DNA from: a virus
Length of the DNA: 64,000 nucleotides
Reading direction: 5' to 3' (one strand)
Virus record (IMG/VR): IMGVR_UViG_3300044731_001604
Location: 93,573-157,572 of that record
A model generated the notes under the pieces. That model searched no databases. It saw only the letters and a list, made by a program, of their open reading frames with translations, and had not been told where the DNA came from. A program made the position numbers and the translations under genes. Below are positions 1 through 9,383 of this stretch, one piece after another. Numbering within the stretch: position 1 is the stretch's first letter; the number at the start of each line of letters is the position of its first letter.

Positions 1-368
1 TCTTCAGGATCAAACAGCTCAATTTGATTTGTTAAAACAGATTTTTTTGCTGCCATTACTGCTTCATTTGGCGTTAATCCCATGCCAACTGACATTTTAG
101 TAGTGAACACATCTTTGTATCCAGCTAGTATTAATGGTAATTCTTCTGCCACGGTTACTGGCATTTCTAAAACTTGTCTAGAATACGTTGTAAGACGTAC
201 TGTTCCGCCACGCTCAGATATAAGAGAGTTAATTTTGTCTGATATTGCAAATAACTGATCATTTAAGCTTGTTGCTTCAAAAAACATTCCAGCGTCAATC
301 ATTTCATTGATTTTATCTTGAACACCATCAGAATTTACTACACACCATACAGAACTTTGAGTACTCAC
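1..368 (-). CDS. Partial CDS (runs off the window edge); N-terminal degenerate mCpol/GGDEF-like domain
   Basis: Not in the ORF track. GTG at 368 follows SD GAGGTG and the frame is open to position 1: MSTQSSVWCVVNSDGVQDKINEMIDAG...ERGGTVRLTTYSRQVLEMP...KMSVGMGLTPNEAVMAAKKS. The domain call is by pattern only. Confidence 0.6.
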   Translation of the reverse strand, partial: MSTQSSVWCVVNSDGVQDKINEMIDAGMFFEATSLNDQLFAISDKINSLISERGGTVRLTTYSRQVLEMPVTVAEELPLILAGYKDVFTTKMSVGMGLTPNEAVMAAKKSVLTNQIELFDPE

Positions 369-382
369 TTTACACCTCGATA

Positions 383-1963
383 TTAAATACCACGTTTTTT
401 GAGTAACAATTTAGTTTTTAGTGTTAGAAGAAATAACTTAACTGTTTCTGGATCTGCGTCTGGAGCAAATTGCAAAGAAAAGGTTCCATCGTTTTTTTGA
501 ATTGCTTCTACGAATTTATACGGTTGACCTTTTTCGTTTTTGTTTAAAACTTTAAAGCAAGCACATGGTGTAAATTTTGGTTTGCCTGACTCGTCTTTAG
601 AGAATTCAGGTCTTCCACAATCAAAGCAAGTTGATTTAAATAATTCTTGACTTGTTGCAACTGCTTTTATTGATTTAGAAATCGAAGATTTATTTAATTT
701 TTTTCTAAAGTATCCTTCAGATTTCATTGCTGGCATTTTAGGGCCTTGTGGTTTAGGAATACTAGGCACAGCAACTTTTCCTTGTCCAGATGCTTGAGCT
801 TGTTTTGCTGCGGCAGCTTGAGGATTTTTGCTTTGTGGAACTGGTGGTAGTGGTTTTCCAGGTTGAACCGGTTGACCTGCGCCTCTTGGCATTTCACCCT
901 TACCGATCTCTTCTTTTGAAACTTTTTCAGGAAGATCCTTCCCTTTTGATTCTTTATCCCAATGCTTTACTTTTTCCTTGCCACCTAAAGCTTTTGTTCC
1001 AGCTTCAGTATGAGCCCAACGTCTTTGAGCATCAGAAGCGTAAGGCTTCATTAGTGGCTCTACTTTTTTAGCGGTTGGTTTAGGGAAAGGTAGGACTTTT
1101 TTAGATTCTTTTAAAGACTCTTTGCTCAATCCTTGGTTTTCTTTTTCCATTTTATTATCATTTGGAGATGGATATTTTTTAATCTCTGGGATTTCTTGAT
1201 CTACAGAATCTGTTGTTTTAATTTTATCCATTTCTTTTTGAGACGCACCTTCTGAAATTATCGCAGGATTATTCTCTTTGTCTTTGATATCTTCTTTTTG
1301 TTTTTCTTCTGGGGTTGTAGCTTTTTCAGGAAAAGACTTGTCCCCATCGACTTCTTTTATAGCCATTTTGTCCAACTCTTCTTCTAATTTGTCGGTTTTA
1401 AGTTTTTTACCGATTAAAGCATCAACTAATTTACCAATAACGCTTGTTAATTCTTTTGTTGTTTCATGAGCAATTTGCATCTTAGAGGTATCTACATCTT
1501 GTTTTTCTGGTATAACCATAGATAGCATATGCTTAATTGCTGAAAAATCTTGTTTTGGCTCTTCTTTTTGCTCAATAGCATTGGTTTTTAAATCGCCTTC
1601 ATACATCTCGCCAATTGACATGAGATGTCCAACAATTGCAGGAATTCCTTGCTTATCAAAAGTATGTATTATTTTTCCACCTTGAACAAATTCAGCTCTG
1701 AAAACATCCATATCCTGTCTTTCAAAGTGGATAGTGATTCCTTCGTCGCCTGGGAATTTTACATCTTTATATTCACCAATTTTCATTGGCTTTACAGTTT
1801 GAACTACCCAACTTACTAAAGCACGTGGTGCTACCATTAAAGGTAAGTACATTTCAAGTGGGTCAGAAACAGATCTAGATCTTTGGTGAAAAATAGCCTT
1901 TTCGAGAGTTTCAAACCCTCGCTCACCGACTAAATCTGTCAAAAACGGCTTGATAGTTTTCAT
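383..1963 (-). CDS. Putative internal head protein, multi-segment and low-complexity, with a C-terminal Cys-rich domain
   Basis: 526 aa. Contains the PYASDAQRRWAH...WDKESKGKDLPEKV minimotif, a P/Q/K-rich linker, CFDC...PCACF, and several hydrophobic-x-K|S motifs. Confidence 0.55.
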   Translation of the reverse strand: MKTIKPFLTDLVGERGFETLEKAIFHQRSRSVSDPLEMYLPLMVAPRALVSWVVQTVKPMKIGEYKDVKFPGDEGITIHFERQDMDVFRAEFVQGGKIIHTFDKQGIPAIVGHLMSIGEMYEGDLKTNAIEQKEEPKQDFSAIKHMLSMVIPEKQDVDTSKMQIAHETTKELTSVIGKLVDALIGKKLKTDKLEEELDKMAIKEVDGDKSFPEKATTPEEKQKEDIKDKENNPAIISEGASQKEMDKIKTTDSVDQEIPEIKKYPSPNDNKMEKENQGLSKESLKESKKVLPFPKPTAKKVEPLMKPYASDAQRRWAHTEAGTKALGGKEKVKHWDKESKGKDLPEKVSKEEIGKGEMPRGAGQPVQPGKPLPPVPQSKNPQAAAAKQAQASGQGKVAVPSIPKPQGPKMPAMKSEGYFRKKLNKSSISKSIKAVATSQELFKSTCFDCGRPEFSKDESGKPKFTPCACFKVLNKNEKGQPYKFVEAIQKNDGTFSLQFAPDADPETVKLFLLTLKTKLLLKKRGI

Positions 1964-1966
1964 GTA

Positions 1967-2365
1967 TTAGTTATTGATTCCAGAATTTGGATTGTAATTT
2001 AAGTCGCCTTTAATTTCGTATCCAAAACAAGTTGCTGTAGAAGAAATAATATGAGTATCGGTACCCATAGCAATAACTGTATAGCTATTTGGTGGCAAGC
2101 AGATACCATCTGCACCGCCAGTTGGAGCTGTAACGCCAGAAGTTCCAGTTTTAACAAATGCAGTTAACGTACTGTTGTTATAAATAGCAACATTGGCACC
2201 TGCCACTGAGATGCTTTTGGCAGTATTTAAAGCGCCCATAATGGTCACTTTGCCTAAAGTTGGGCCAACAGTTACTAGTCCACCTGCGTATTGGTTAAAT
2301 GAATAGTCTGTTGAGTCTGCACCAGAGTATCTGTTTTCGCTAGCTTTTGATCTTAAATTTCCCAT
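1967..2365 (-). CDS. Small beta-rich virion structural protein (putative)
   Basis: 132 aa, G/T/S/A-rich, SD GAGG, upstream CTAATCT motif. Confidence 0.5.
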   Translation of the reverse strand: MGNLRSKASENRYSGADSTDYSFNQYAGGLVTVGPTLGKVTIMGALNTAKSISVAGANVAIYNNSTLTAFVKTGTSGVTAPTGGADGICLPPNSYTVIAMGTDTHIISSTATCFGYEIKGDLNYNPNSGINN

Positions 2366-2399
2366 TATTAACCTCTTTTACTATTTAAAGATTAGGGTG

Positions 2400-3308
2400 T
2401 TACAGCATTCCTGCCGGTCCGGATTTATTTCCTGGAGTGTCGTCATCTGAAACTGGCCAAGCTGATTGATATCTATTGTCCATTATATTGCTATTTGGAT
2501 CTCTATTAACGTCAAATAAAATATGTTCTCTGATTGCCATGGCTTGATAGGGCATTCTTTCCACTGATCGCTCAAACGTATTAGGGTCTGTTATTTGAGT
2601 TACTCGTATCTCGTGTAAAAGTCTTGCAATTATATAATATGGGGTATATCTGTATCTAACTGCATAAACTGTACCGCGACCTGTCTTAATGTTAAAACCA
2701 GGTCTTTCTTGAGTTAACCACTTAAGCCAGCCTTCATTTGTAATTTCAAAATGAACTCCACACTTATAGTCTTTTCCATCTGCATCCATAATGCTTTCTA
2801 CATGAGTTGCTGGATATTGCAATCTATCAATTCCTGTAGTTGATGCTTCCACATACTGATTTGTTATTGTATGTAATTCAATATTTTTTAAATAAATTCT
2901 GTCATATGGAGCAAGGACTACTTCTTTATCTGGGCAATCTTCATATGATCTACTGAATGTCATTTGTACAGTATCATGTTTTAATAAACCTTGAGTTTCA
3001 ATTTCCCAGTTGCTTGAATTAGATGAAAATGAAGCCCAGAATGTTCCAGCAGATTTATAGATGTATCCATCCGAACTTGCTCTTCTGGCTTGAACTGCAT
3101 GGTTGTCACCTCTTGATGCCATTCCACTTGGGTCTAGGCAAGCTCTCATGTGTTCACACAACACGCCTTGGCTTTTAATTAAAGCGTCAAAAGCGTTCTT
3201 ATCAAATGATTGTTGAAACTGGCTTAATGTAAAATATTGCTGCGTACCTTCGGCATGCTGGCTTTCTCTTTCTCTAGGTCCACCTTTTCTGTTTTGATTT
3301 TCTGACAT
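2400..3308 (-). CDS. Putative neck/head-closure protein (SPO1/Twort-like)
   Basis: Likely start is MSENQ at 3308 (TAATG overlap with the upstream gene). Motifs FDALIKSQG..CEHMRACLDP, LAPYDRI and YAVRYRYTPYY resemble myovirus neck proteins. Lies in the structural region. Confidence 0.5.
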   Translation of the reverse strand: MSENQNRKGGPRERESQHAEGTQQYFTLSQFQQSFDKNAFDALIKSQGVLCEHMRACLDPSGMASRGDNHAVQARRASSDGYIYKSAGTFWASFSSNSSNWEIETQGLLKHDTVQMTFSRSYEDCPDKEVVLAPYDRIYLKNIELHTITNQYVEASTTGIDRLQYPATHVESIMDADGKDYKCGVHFEITNEGWLKWLTQERPGFNIKTGRGTVYAVRYRYTPYYIIARLLHEIRVTQITDPNTFERSVERMPYQAMAIREHILFDVNRDPNSNIMDNRYQSAWPVSDDDTPGNKSGPAGML

Positions 3309-3760
3309 TACGACCGCCTTGAGAAATATTTTAATGGTACAGCTGGTTCTGTTAAGGCTAGCGACCTTACTAGGGCCCACTCGCTGATGTTTTTTGAAAG
3401 AAGCTCTTCAGAATACATTATTTCTATTTCAGATTTACTAATATCATATACCGCAAAAAGATTTTCATCTCCAACTGGCTCAGGTAAGCTAGGCATAAAT
3501 ATGGCATCTCTTAGTCTATCAAATAATGAAATTTCTTCAGATTTTTTAATTTCATTCCACTCTATGTCTTCTTTTTTTTCTGCCAAGAACTTTGCTATTG
3601 CTGCATGTGGAGCTGCACCTAATGCAGATATTTTACCATCTTCATCTTTGCAAAAGAAGGCATGCAATCCGCCTACAGTTTCTATATAAACCACAGGTCT
3701 ACCATCTTTGGTCTCCCCAGCTATTTCTTTTGTTTTTATTTCTTCTGCTGGAATTTTCAT
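3308..3760 (-). CDS. Hypothetical head-associated protein
   Basis: 150 aa, coupled to both neighbours, internal EIKK|SE motif. Confidence 0.5.
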   Translation of the reverse strand: MKIPAEEIKTKEIAGETKDGRPVVYIETVGGLHAFFCKDEDGKISALGAAPHAAIAKFLAEKKEDIEWNEIKKSEEISLFDRLRDAIFMPSLPEPVGDENLFAVYDISKSEIEIMYSEELLSKNISEWALVRSLALTEPAVPLKYFSRRS

Positions 3761-4806
3761 TTATTGTTCGCCTGTTTAATTTTTGATTTTAATTTTTCTT
3801 CACTAGTTAGCATAGAATCTGGCTTAACTTCATCTAGTTTATCATCTCTTAGTCTACCTGGATCTAATCCAAAATTTGTAGATCTAGTTGGATTTGCGGT
3901 TATTTGATCTTCTCTTAATTTGTACCACTTTTTAACTTTTTCAGCAAAGTCTGCGTCGTGGAACACAACATCTGATTTGAACATAAATTTAAAATTAAGC
4001 TCATTTGGTTTTTGTGCTTTAAATGGATTGTGTTTATCAATTTTTTTATATTTATCTACATAAGTTGAATGTAATAGCTTGTCTTTGGTAATACTTTCTG
4101 GATATAAATTGTGGCCATTTAGCCATGCAAATGCTGCCTTATGCTCATTCCCGTTGTTTCTTGTTAAAACGTGATCTGCTAATTTTCTAGCTAATTCTAA
4201 TTCTAATTTTGGATTCTTATTAATGTGTGCTTCTAAGGTGCTATTTGACATCGTTGCAAGCTTGTCTATTTCTGGTCTAGACTTTCCAGATATCTTATAT
4301 CTGTTAACTATTTCTTTAATAGTTTTTGGAAGCAATCCCCATTGGCCCATTGCTTTTTCTCCAACAGACAATCCAGTTTTAACTGTTTTATGATTTATAT
4401 TTTTACCGTTGTTAGACTCTAATACTTTTAAATTCCACAAAAAAGCATCTCTTGGATGAGATCCAAAGCCAGATAAGTCTATTGGAGAATTTTGTACTTG
4501 TGGGACATTGTTTTGTACACCAATATGGCTAGTCGCTACTGGCGTAATTGCAGCAGCTAATCCTAGACCTAAAGACAAAGCCTTCTCTCTTAGAGATTTA
4601 GATAGGTCTGAGCCTTCTACCCAGGCATTCATGTTATGCGAAGATAAGTATTCTGCAATGTTGTTTAAAGCATCTTGTAAAGAGTCAGATTCAGTCGCAA
4701 TATCGTATGTTCTAGGATATAAATCGAACAGAGGTTGGAGGTCATCGAATTCATTAATTCTAAAATGTTTTCTTTCTTTATTTATAGATTCAACAAACAG
4801 CACCAT
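3757..4806 (-). CDS. Virion-associated lytic transglycosylase (lysozyme/SLT-like fold)
   Basis: Catalytic-type LES motif, AMGQWGLLPKT (cf. AxGLMQxxPxT) and KAAFAWLNG (cf. ALAAYNAG), preceded by DLSK|S and a hydrophobic segment. Confidence 0.65.
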   Translation of the reverse strand: MVLFVESINKERKHFRINEFDDLQPLFDLYPRTYDIATESDSLQDALNNIAEYLSSHNMNAWVEGSDLSKSLREKALSLGLGLAAAITPVATSHIGVQNNVPQVQNSPIDLSGFGSHPRDAFLWNLKVLESNNGKNINHKTVKTGLSVGEKAMGQWGLLPKTIKEIVNRYKISGKSRPEIDKLATMSNSTLEAHINKNPKLELELARKLADHVLTRNNGNEHKAAFAWLNGHNLYPESITKDKLLHSTYVDKYKKIDKHNPFKAQKPNELNFKFMFKSDVVFHDADFAEKVKKWYKLREDQITANPTRSTNFGLDPGRLRDDKLDEVKPDSMLTSEEKLKSKIKQANNK

Positions 4807-4807
4807 A

Positions 4808-6571
4808 TTAACCTGCCTTTTGAGCCAAATTGCGTCTAAATAAATTAGACCAATGGCCCAGAATTTCTCGCTTCTCTTTTGGCAGACTGTCTATTACGTC
4901 TGCTATTTTAGATTGGTGTTCCAACTTTTTAGATGGAGTGTCTCCAACCCAATGAGTGTCTGCGAAATGGTTTAACATCATGTTCCTTACATTTAGCTCA
5001 TTTTGCTTCATAGTTTCACTATTAAAGTGAGGGTTATGAATAATGCTATTAAAAGTTTGAGCCGCCTGATCAGGATTCATCTTCTCTATTATACCATTTA
5101 CGGTGCCTGTAATCAAGTCTTTCTGTTTTGGCGTTAGTTTTTTCTTATTATGCACTATGTCAGAAACAGCGTTTAAGGCCATAGTAGGGTCTTCTGGCAA
5201 TGACTTCAATTGTGCCGAACTTATTGATTGCACTGGTTTTCTAATAACTCTAGTATGTGGAAAACCTTGTCCAAGCTCATCTAAAGAGTACATCTTACTG
5301 TCATCTATATCGTTTAGACCTTTGACCCAGTTATTCATATTGTGCCAACGGTGATTGAAGTTGTCTCTGATATGTTCTCTAGTTGGCTGATCTTTAATTG
5401 CGCCTAATTGCTCTTCTAGTTTGTCTTTAATTTTGTGACCATTATTATGCCACCAGTCAGCCAGATTTTCGTGAGAATGCCACCCTCTTGCTGAATCTTT
5501 ATACAAGTTTCTGGTTCCATACGAATGTTTTAAATACGCTTCTGGGGAATCTGGAGTTGCAAAATCTAAATTTGTTGCCCCCACAGTTTTAATATATTGA
5601 AAATTTCTTTCATGATCAATACCAAGTAATTTATTAAAACCCTCTTCTTTGTTTTTAGATACTAATAAATTACCAGCGTGTCTATCTAAGTTATTCATTA
5701 GATAGTCCATTACGCCTATTTTGTGTAATTCTTCTGGATTAACATGGGTCTTATTGTTTTTTAAATCTATTGATGTTACTTCATGGTGATTTGGTGCAAA
5801 TTTGTGTATGGTAAATGGATGTCCATCTTTTTCATGCATTGACACGTCTTCTGCTAAATGTCCAATTCCGCCGGCGTTATACAATGCTTTTGTGGCCATA
5901 GTTGACCATCCAGAAATTGGAGCTTTCATAAAAGATCTTGTGGCAGTCTCTAGTTTTTTATGATACGGCTTAGACATAAACGTTGATTCAGATTGTGGCG
6001 TTGAAACAAAGCTACCGCCTTCATCTGTATAGCCTCTATATAAATGAACGTTTTTAGCAGCTATACCTTGTTGACTCAATGTCTGTTCATTTTTATGTTC
6101 AGCTGGATCTAAGTGAATTGATTTATATTCCTGTGGGGCTGGAAATTGTTGTAGATGCATAGAATGGTCTACCGTATCTGGCGCCTTGGTATCAATCTTA
6201 GATGTCATTTTTTTCCAAGCTTTTGGCTCAACTGATTTATTCAAATCTGAAGGGATTAAATTTTGTAATTTGAATGCTAGTTCGCCGGCTACTTTCTTAA
6301 CAGCCTCTTCAATCATTATTTTGTGTAAATTTTCTTTTTGTGCATTTAAAATATTTTTCTTAAATTCTGGATTATTAACATAATTAAATACAAAAGATAA
6401 TGGATCGTTCGTTTGTTTTTGTAATATTTTAGGGATACTAGTTTCTGAGACAAATTCTTTTAATGAATTTTCCCCAAACTCAGATTTAATCAATGAAAAG
6501 ACGTCTTCCAATGATGCACTGGAGACTTGTTTACGGTCATTAATATACTGTTTAAGATTAAGTCTTTTCAT
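4808..6571 (-). CDS. PI3/PI4-kinase-like (HipA-like superfamily) kinase-domain protein
   Basis: FMSKP (candidate ATP-binding Lys), MDYLMNNLDRHAGNLLV catalytic loop, LLGIDHERNF metal-binding motif. Confidence 0.75.
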   Translation of the reverse strand: MKRLNLKQYINDRKQVSSASLEDVFSLIKSEFGENSLKEFVSETSIPKILQKQTNDPLSFVFNYVNNPEFKKNILNAQKENLHKIMIEEAVKKVAGELAFKLQNLIPSDLNKSVEPKAWKKMTSKIDTKAPDTVDHSMHLQQFPAPQEYKSIHLDPAEHKNEQTLSQQGIAAKNVHLYRGYTDEGGSFVSTPQSESTFMSKPYHKKLETATRSFMKAPISGWSTMATKALYNAGGIGHLAEDVSMHEKDGHPFTIHKFAPNHHEVTSIDLKNNKTHVNPEELHKIGVMDYLMNNLDRHAGNLLVSKNKEEGFNKLLGIDHERNFQYIKTVGATNLDFATPDSPEAYLKHSYGTRNLYKDSARGWHSHENLADWWHNNGHKIKDKLEEQLGAIKDQPTREHIRDNFNHRWHNMNNWVKGLNDIDDSKMYSLDELGQGFPHTRVIRKPVQSISSAQLKSLPEDPTMALNAVSDIVHNKKKLTPKQKDLITGTVNGIIEKMNPDQAAQTFNSIIHNPHFNSETMKQNELNVRNMMLNHFADTHWVGDTPSKKLEHQSKIADVIDSLPKEKREILGHWSNLFRRNLAQKAG

Positions 6572-6595
6572 AATTAATAGATTAAGGTTCTGTCC

Positions 6596-6654
6596 TGTCT
6601 ATGTATAAATAGACAAATAGATCTACAAAGTCTATGTATAGAGAGACTTTTGTA
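6596..6654. repeat. Two tandem inverted repeats, both GTCT-ATGTATA-N3-AGAC
   Basis: TGTCT atgtataaat AGACA (6596-6615) and TACAAAGTCT atgtatagag AGACTTTTGTA (6624-6654). Confidence 0.6.
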
Positions 6655-6669
6655 TATAGGTGCAGGATT

Positions 6670-6894
6670 TCACGATTTTACCTTTCCATTAAGTTTCTTT
6701 TGGAAAAGCTCTCTAGCTACCGACTCTTCAACATCTTTTACGCAGTAGCACCAACTTTTTGCCACTCCGCCTTTTACGTGGCCAGCATAATTATGCTTAA
6801 GAATATAAACTCCGAATTTTCCATTAGGAAGGAGCGCTAGCCCATAAGTTGTGCCAGATTTGTTTTGTGCTTTTTCAATAAATTTTACTTTCAT
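6670..6894 (-). CDS. Small hypothetical protein
   Basis: ATG at 6894 after SD GAGAGG. Upstream TTGACT-17-TGTACT is a possible sigma70 promoter. Confidence 0.55.
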   Translation of the reverse strand: MKVKFIEKAQNKSGTTYGLALLPNGKFGVYILKHNYAGHVKGGVAKSWCYCVKDVEESVARELFQKKLNGKVKS

Positions 6895-6957
6895 AAGCAC
6901 CTCTCTGAAATCAGTACATCCTAACTCCTATCTATAGTCAATGGTGCTTATCTAGTA

Positions 6958-7845
6958 TTAGATGTTGCTAGTAAACATATTTTGTCCATAATATGTTTTT
7001 AATTTCTTCATAAGCCCTTGATATCTTTGATCTAATGTAGTTATTTTTTGAGTTAACACATTTATCATTTGGTCATTGATGCTTTGGCTCATGGCATCAA
7101 CTGAAAGAGATTGAGACGCCGTTCTATACAAAGGAATAAGATTCTCAGCAAGTAACATAGCTGCTGCGCATCCAATTGCTTCATTTACTATTACAGGAAG
7201 TTGTCCAGCCGGGTCCATAAGTCCACATTCATATTCAACTGTCCAAAATGACGGTATAAACGCACCAACGCCTAAAATTGATAATAATGTAGCGCCGGCT
7301 TGAGATGCACTAGTACTGAACGAAATAGCTCCATAAGCTGGAGATATCGGAATAACGTTTAAAAGGCCCCTTGTTGCGTTAGACGGGTCTACCCATGAGT
7401 TTGGTATAGTGTATATTGCTCCACCAGATGGGAACTCTTTATCTGCCTCTAAAACGCCTTTTTCGTCAACAACTTGATCGTAGTTTGCTGATGCCAAGGC
7501 AAGTCTTACAACTCTTTTAATTGGCTTGTTCGGTATTTCAAGATGAATGAACTGTTTGTATAGAGCGGCATCAAACGGTAATCTTGAGCGCATTACTTTT
7601 GTTTGTATTTGAATTTTAGAGTCAAATTGAAGTCTAGCCATACCACGTTTGACAAAATCCTCTAGATCTTCTGATTGAATCTTTTCTTTTGTCATAGGTG
7701 ATATCATTGGTATACCAAAGAAAAACCGTCTACGGAAAGTATCTGCATCTAATAATGGCTCTACTTCGGCCATTATGCCAGAAGATTCTATTACATTCTG
7801 GGGAAATGCTGCGCCGACCGGTTTTTTACTATCTGTAAAGTCCAT
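6958..7845 (-). CDS. Putative head-tail adaptor/neck protein (SPO1/Twort-like)
   Basis: 295 aa. FFGIPM, WTVEYECG and SQSLSVDAMSQS motifs are typical of Twort-like adaptor proteins. Confidence 0.55.
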   Translation of the reverse strand: MDFTDSKKPVGAAFPQNVIESSGIMAEVEPLLDADTFRRRFFFGIPMISPMTKEKIQSEDLEDFVKRGMARLQFDSKIQIQTKVMRSRLPFDAALYKQFIHLEIPNKPIKRVVRLALASANYDQVVDEKGVLEADKEFPSGGAIYTIPNSWVDPSNATRGLLNVIPISPAYGAISFSTSASQAGATLLSILGVGAFIPSFWTVEYECGLMDPAGQLPVIVNEAIGCAAAMLLAENLIPLYRTASQSLSVDAMSQSINDQMINVLTQKITTLDQRYQGLMKKLKTYYGQNMFTSNI

Positions 7846-7854
7846 TTTAAATTC

Positions 7855-8262
7855 CTAACAATGAAATCGGCTAGAATCTGTGCTAGAAACTTTGATTCTG
7901 CCATCTAGTAAAATTGTTTCTGAAATTCCATTATCTGTCAAAATTGCCTTAATAGCACCAGAGATTTTATCTGTTGATAGCAAAGTGACTTTAAATATTG
8001 ATCTGTCGTCATTAGGATATACCATTGTAGCATATCTTGTGATTTGTAAGGCTTCGTCAAGATTTTCAAACATTACTTGTAGGGTAGCTGATGAGCTTGG
8101 CAAAAATCTTAAATTGTCACAATCTTCGCAACTAGTTGAATTCTTTTGAATAATACGAAAATATAAGTCAGTTTGATTGCCATTAACAACTTCCAGAGTT
8201 TTGATTTCACAAAACGAGTTATAACTTGTAACGCTATCAAGCGATTTTAGCATTTTTTTCAT
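7855..8262 (-). CDS. Hypothetical (likely structural) protein
   Basis: 135 aa, SD GAGG, upstream CTAATCT motif. Confidence 0.5.
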   Translation of the reverse strand: MKKMLKSLDSVTSYNSFCEIKTLEVVNGNQTDLYFRIIQKNSTSCEDCDNLRFLPSSSATLQVMFENLDEALQITRYATMVYPNDDRSIFKVTLLSTDKISGAIKAILTDNGISETILLDGRIKVSSTDSSRFHC

Positions 8263-8295
8263 AAAACCTCACTCTGGATAGATTAGGTGCCTATC

Positions 8296-9093
8296 TTACT
8301 TTTTTGAGGCAGTTTTTTTCTTAGCCTTGCTTTTAGTTTTCTTTGTATCTTCTTTTTTGGCAGCTTCTTCTTTCTTAGCAGCCTCTTCTTTTTTAATAGC
8401 CTCTGTTAAGCCATTAATAAGCCCTTGCTCTAATTTAGATTTTTCTTTCTGCTTTCTTTTTTTCAAAGCCTTTTGAGCTTTAGTTTGATATGGCAAAACG
8501 GTAGATAGATACATTTCACCAGGACTATAATTTAATCTAGGGATTGCAACGTGGTCAACTAAACCCAAAGTTTGAGCTTCTTGAGCAGTTACGGTCCAAT
8601 CAGTGTTATGTTTTGAATGGATCATTTTAGATAAGAACTCTGGTTTTTTACCCATATCTTCAGCTAGATTTTTAATCATTAACGAATTGATTGATTCATA
8701 AGTTTTTGCTGACTCTACGATATCGCTTGCTTTACCACCAGCCATACCAGATACTTGATGGATCATGATCTGAGCATCTTTTGATGCAAACCTAAATCCT
8801 TTAGTTCCTGCTGCTAATAATAATGCCCCACAGCTAAAAGCCATACCAACAGCAACTGTTGCAACTGGTTTGCTTGATGATTTAATTAAATCTCTCATTG
8901 CAGTCAAAGAGAATACTTCTCCACCATAGCTTGAAATATAGACGACTATAATCGGGATATGTGGATTTTTTTCTAATTCTGAAAATTGCTCATAAAATTG
9001 TACGGTAGCATCTTGGTCAAAATGCGTAACCCAAATTTCGTTGCTGTGTCTACCTGCGCCGCTGAGATCAATTATGTGTCCAGCATTTTTCAT
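8296..9093 (-). CDS. clpP: ClpP-like ATP-dependent Clp protease proteolytic subunit with a Lys-rich C-terminal tail
   Basis: YISSYGGEV, MAFSCGALLLAAG (Ser), IMIHQ (His), TDWTVTAQEAQTLGLVD (Asp). Confidence 0.9.
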   Translation of the reverse strand: MKNAGHIIDLSGAGRHSNEIWVTHFDQDATVQFYEQFSELEKNPHIPIIVVYISSYGGEVFSLTAMRDLIKSSSKPVATVAVGMAFSCGALLLAAGTKGFRFASKDAQIMIHQVSGMAGGKASDIVESAKTYESINSLMIKNLAEDMGKKPEFLSKMIHSKHNTDWTVTAQEAQTLGLVDHVAIPRLNYSPGEMYLSTVLPYQTKAQKALKKRKQKEKSKLEQGLINGLTEAIKKEEAAKKEEAAKKEDTKKTKSKAKKKTASKK

Positions 9094-9383
9094 AAGTTCT
9101 CCATATTTATTTGTTTTGATTCGCTGCTTAGTTTTTTATCACTTAATGTTAAAGATATTATTTCGCCGACCAATTTTTCTGGCGTTAGCCATACTGAATC
9201 GCCTGCTGTTAATCTGAGAGACTCAGGATACCCGGTTTTTGCTATTGAGCATCTCCAAACTGGTCCATCATCTACCGCAAAGGTACCTACTAGAACTCCT
9301 GAAGTTTCCGAATATATTGGGAAAGTTTCAAAAGCTGATGACCATCCGTCAAAGGACGTTGTAAATTGTACAAGGTTACTCAT
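9090..9383 (-). CDS. Hypothetical protein
   Basis: ORF in the operon; likely ATG at 9383 after GAGG. Confidence 0.5.
   Translation of the reverse strand: MSNLVQFTTSFDGWSSAFETFPIYSETSGVLVGTFAVDDGPVWRCSIAKTGYPESLRLTAGDSVWLTPEKLVGEIISLTLSDKKLSSESKQINMENL

Noticed and set aside
8296-9093. ClpP as the prohead protease
   Set aside because: A dedicated HK97/Twort-type protease lies in the head module at 27063..28733; this ClpP sits among accessory genes.
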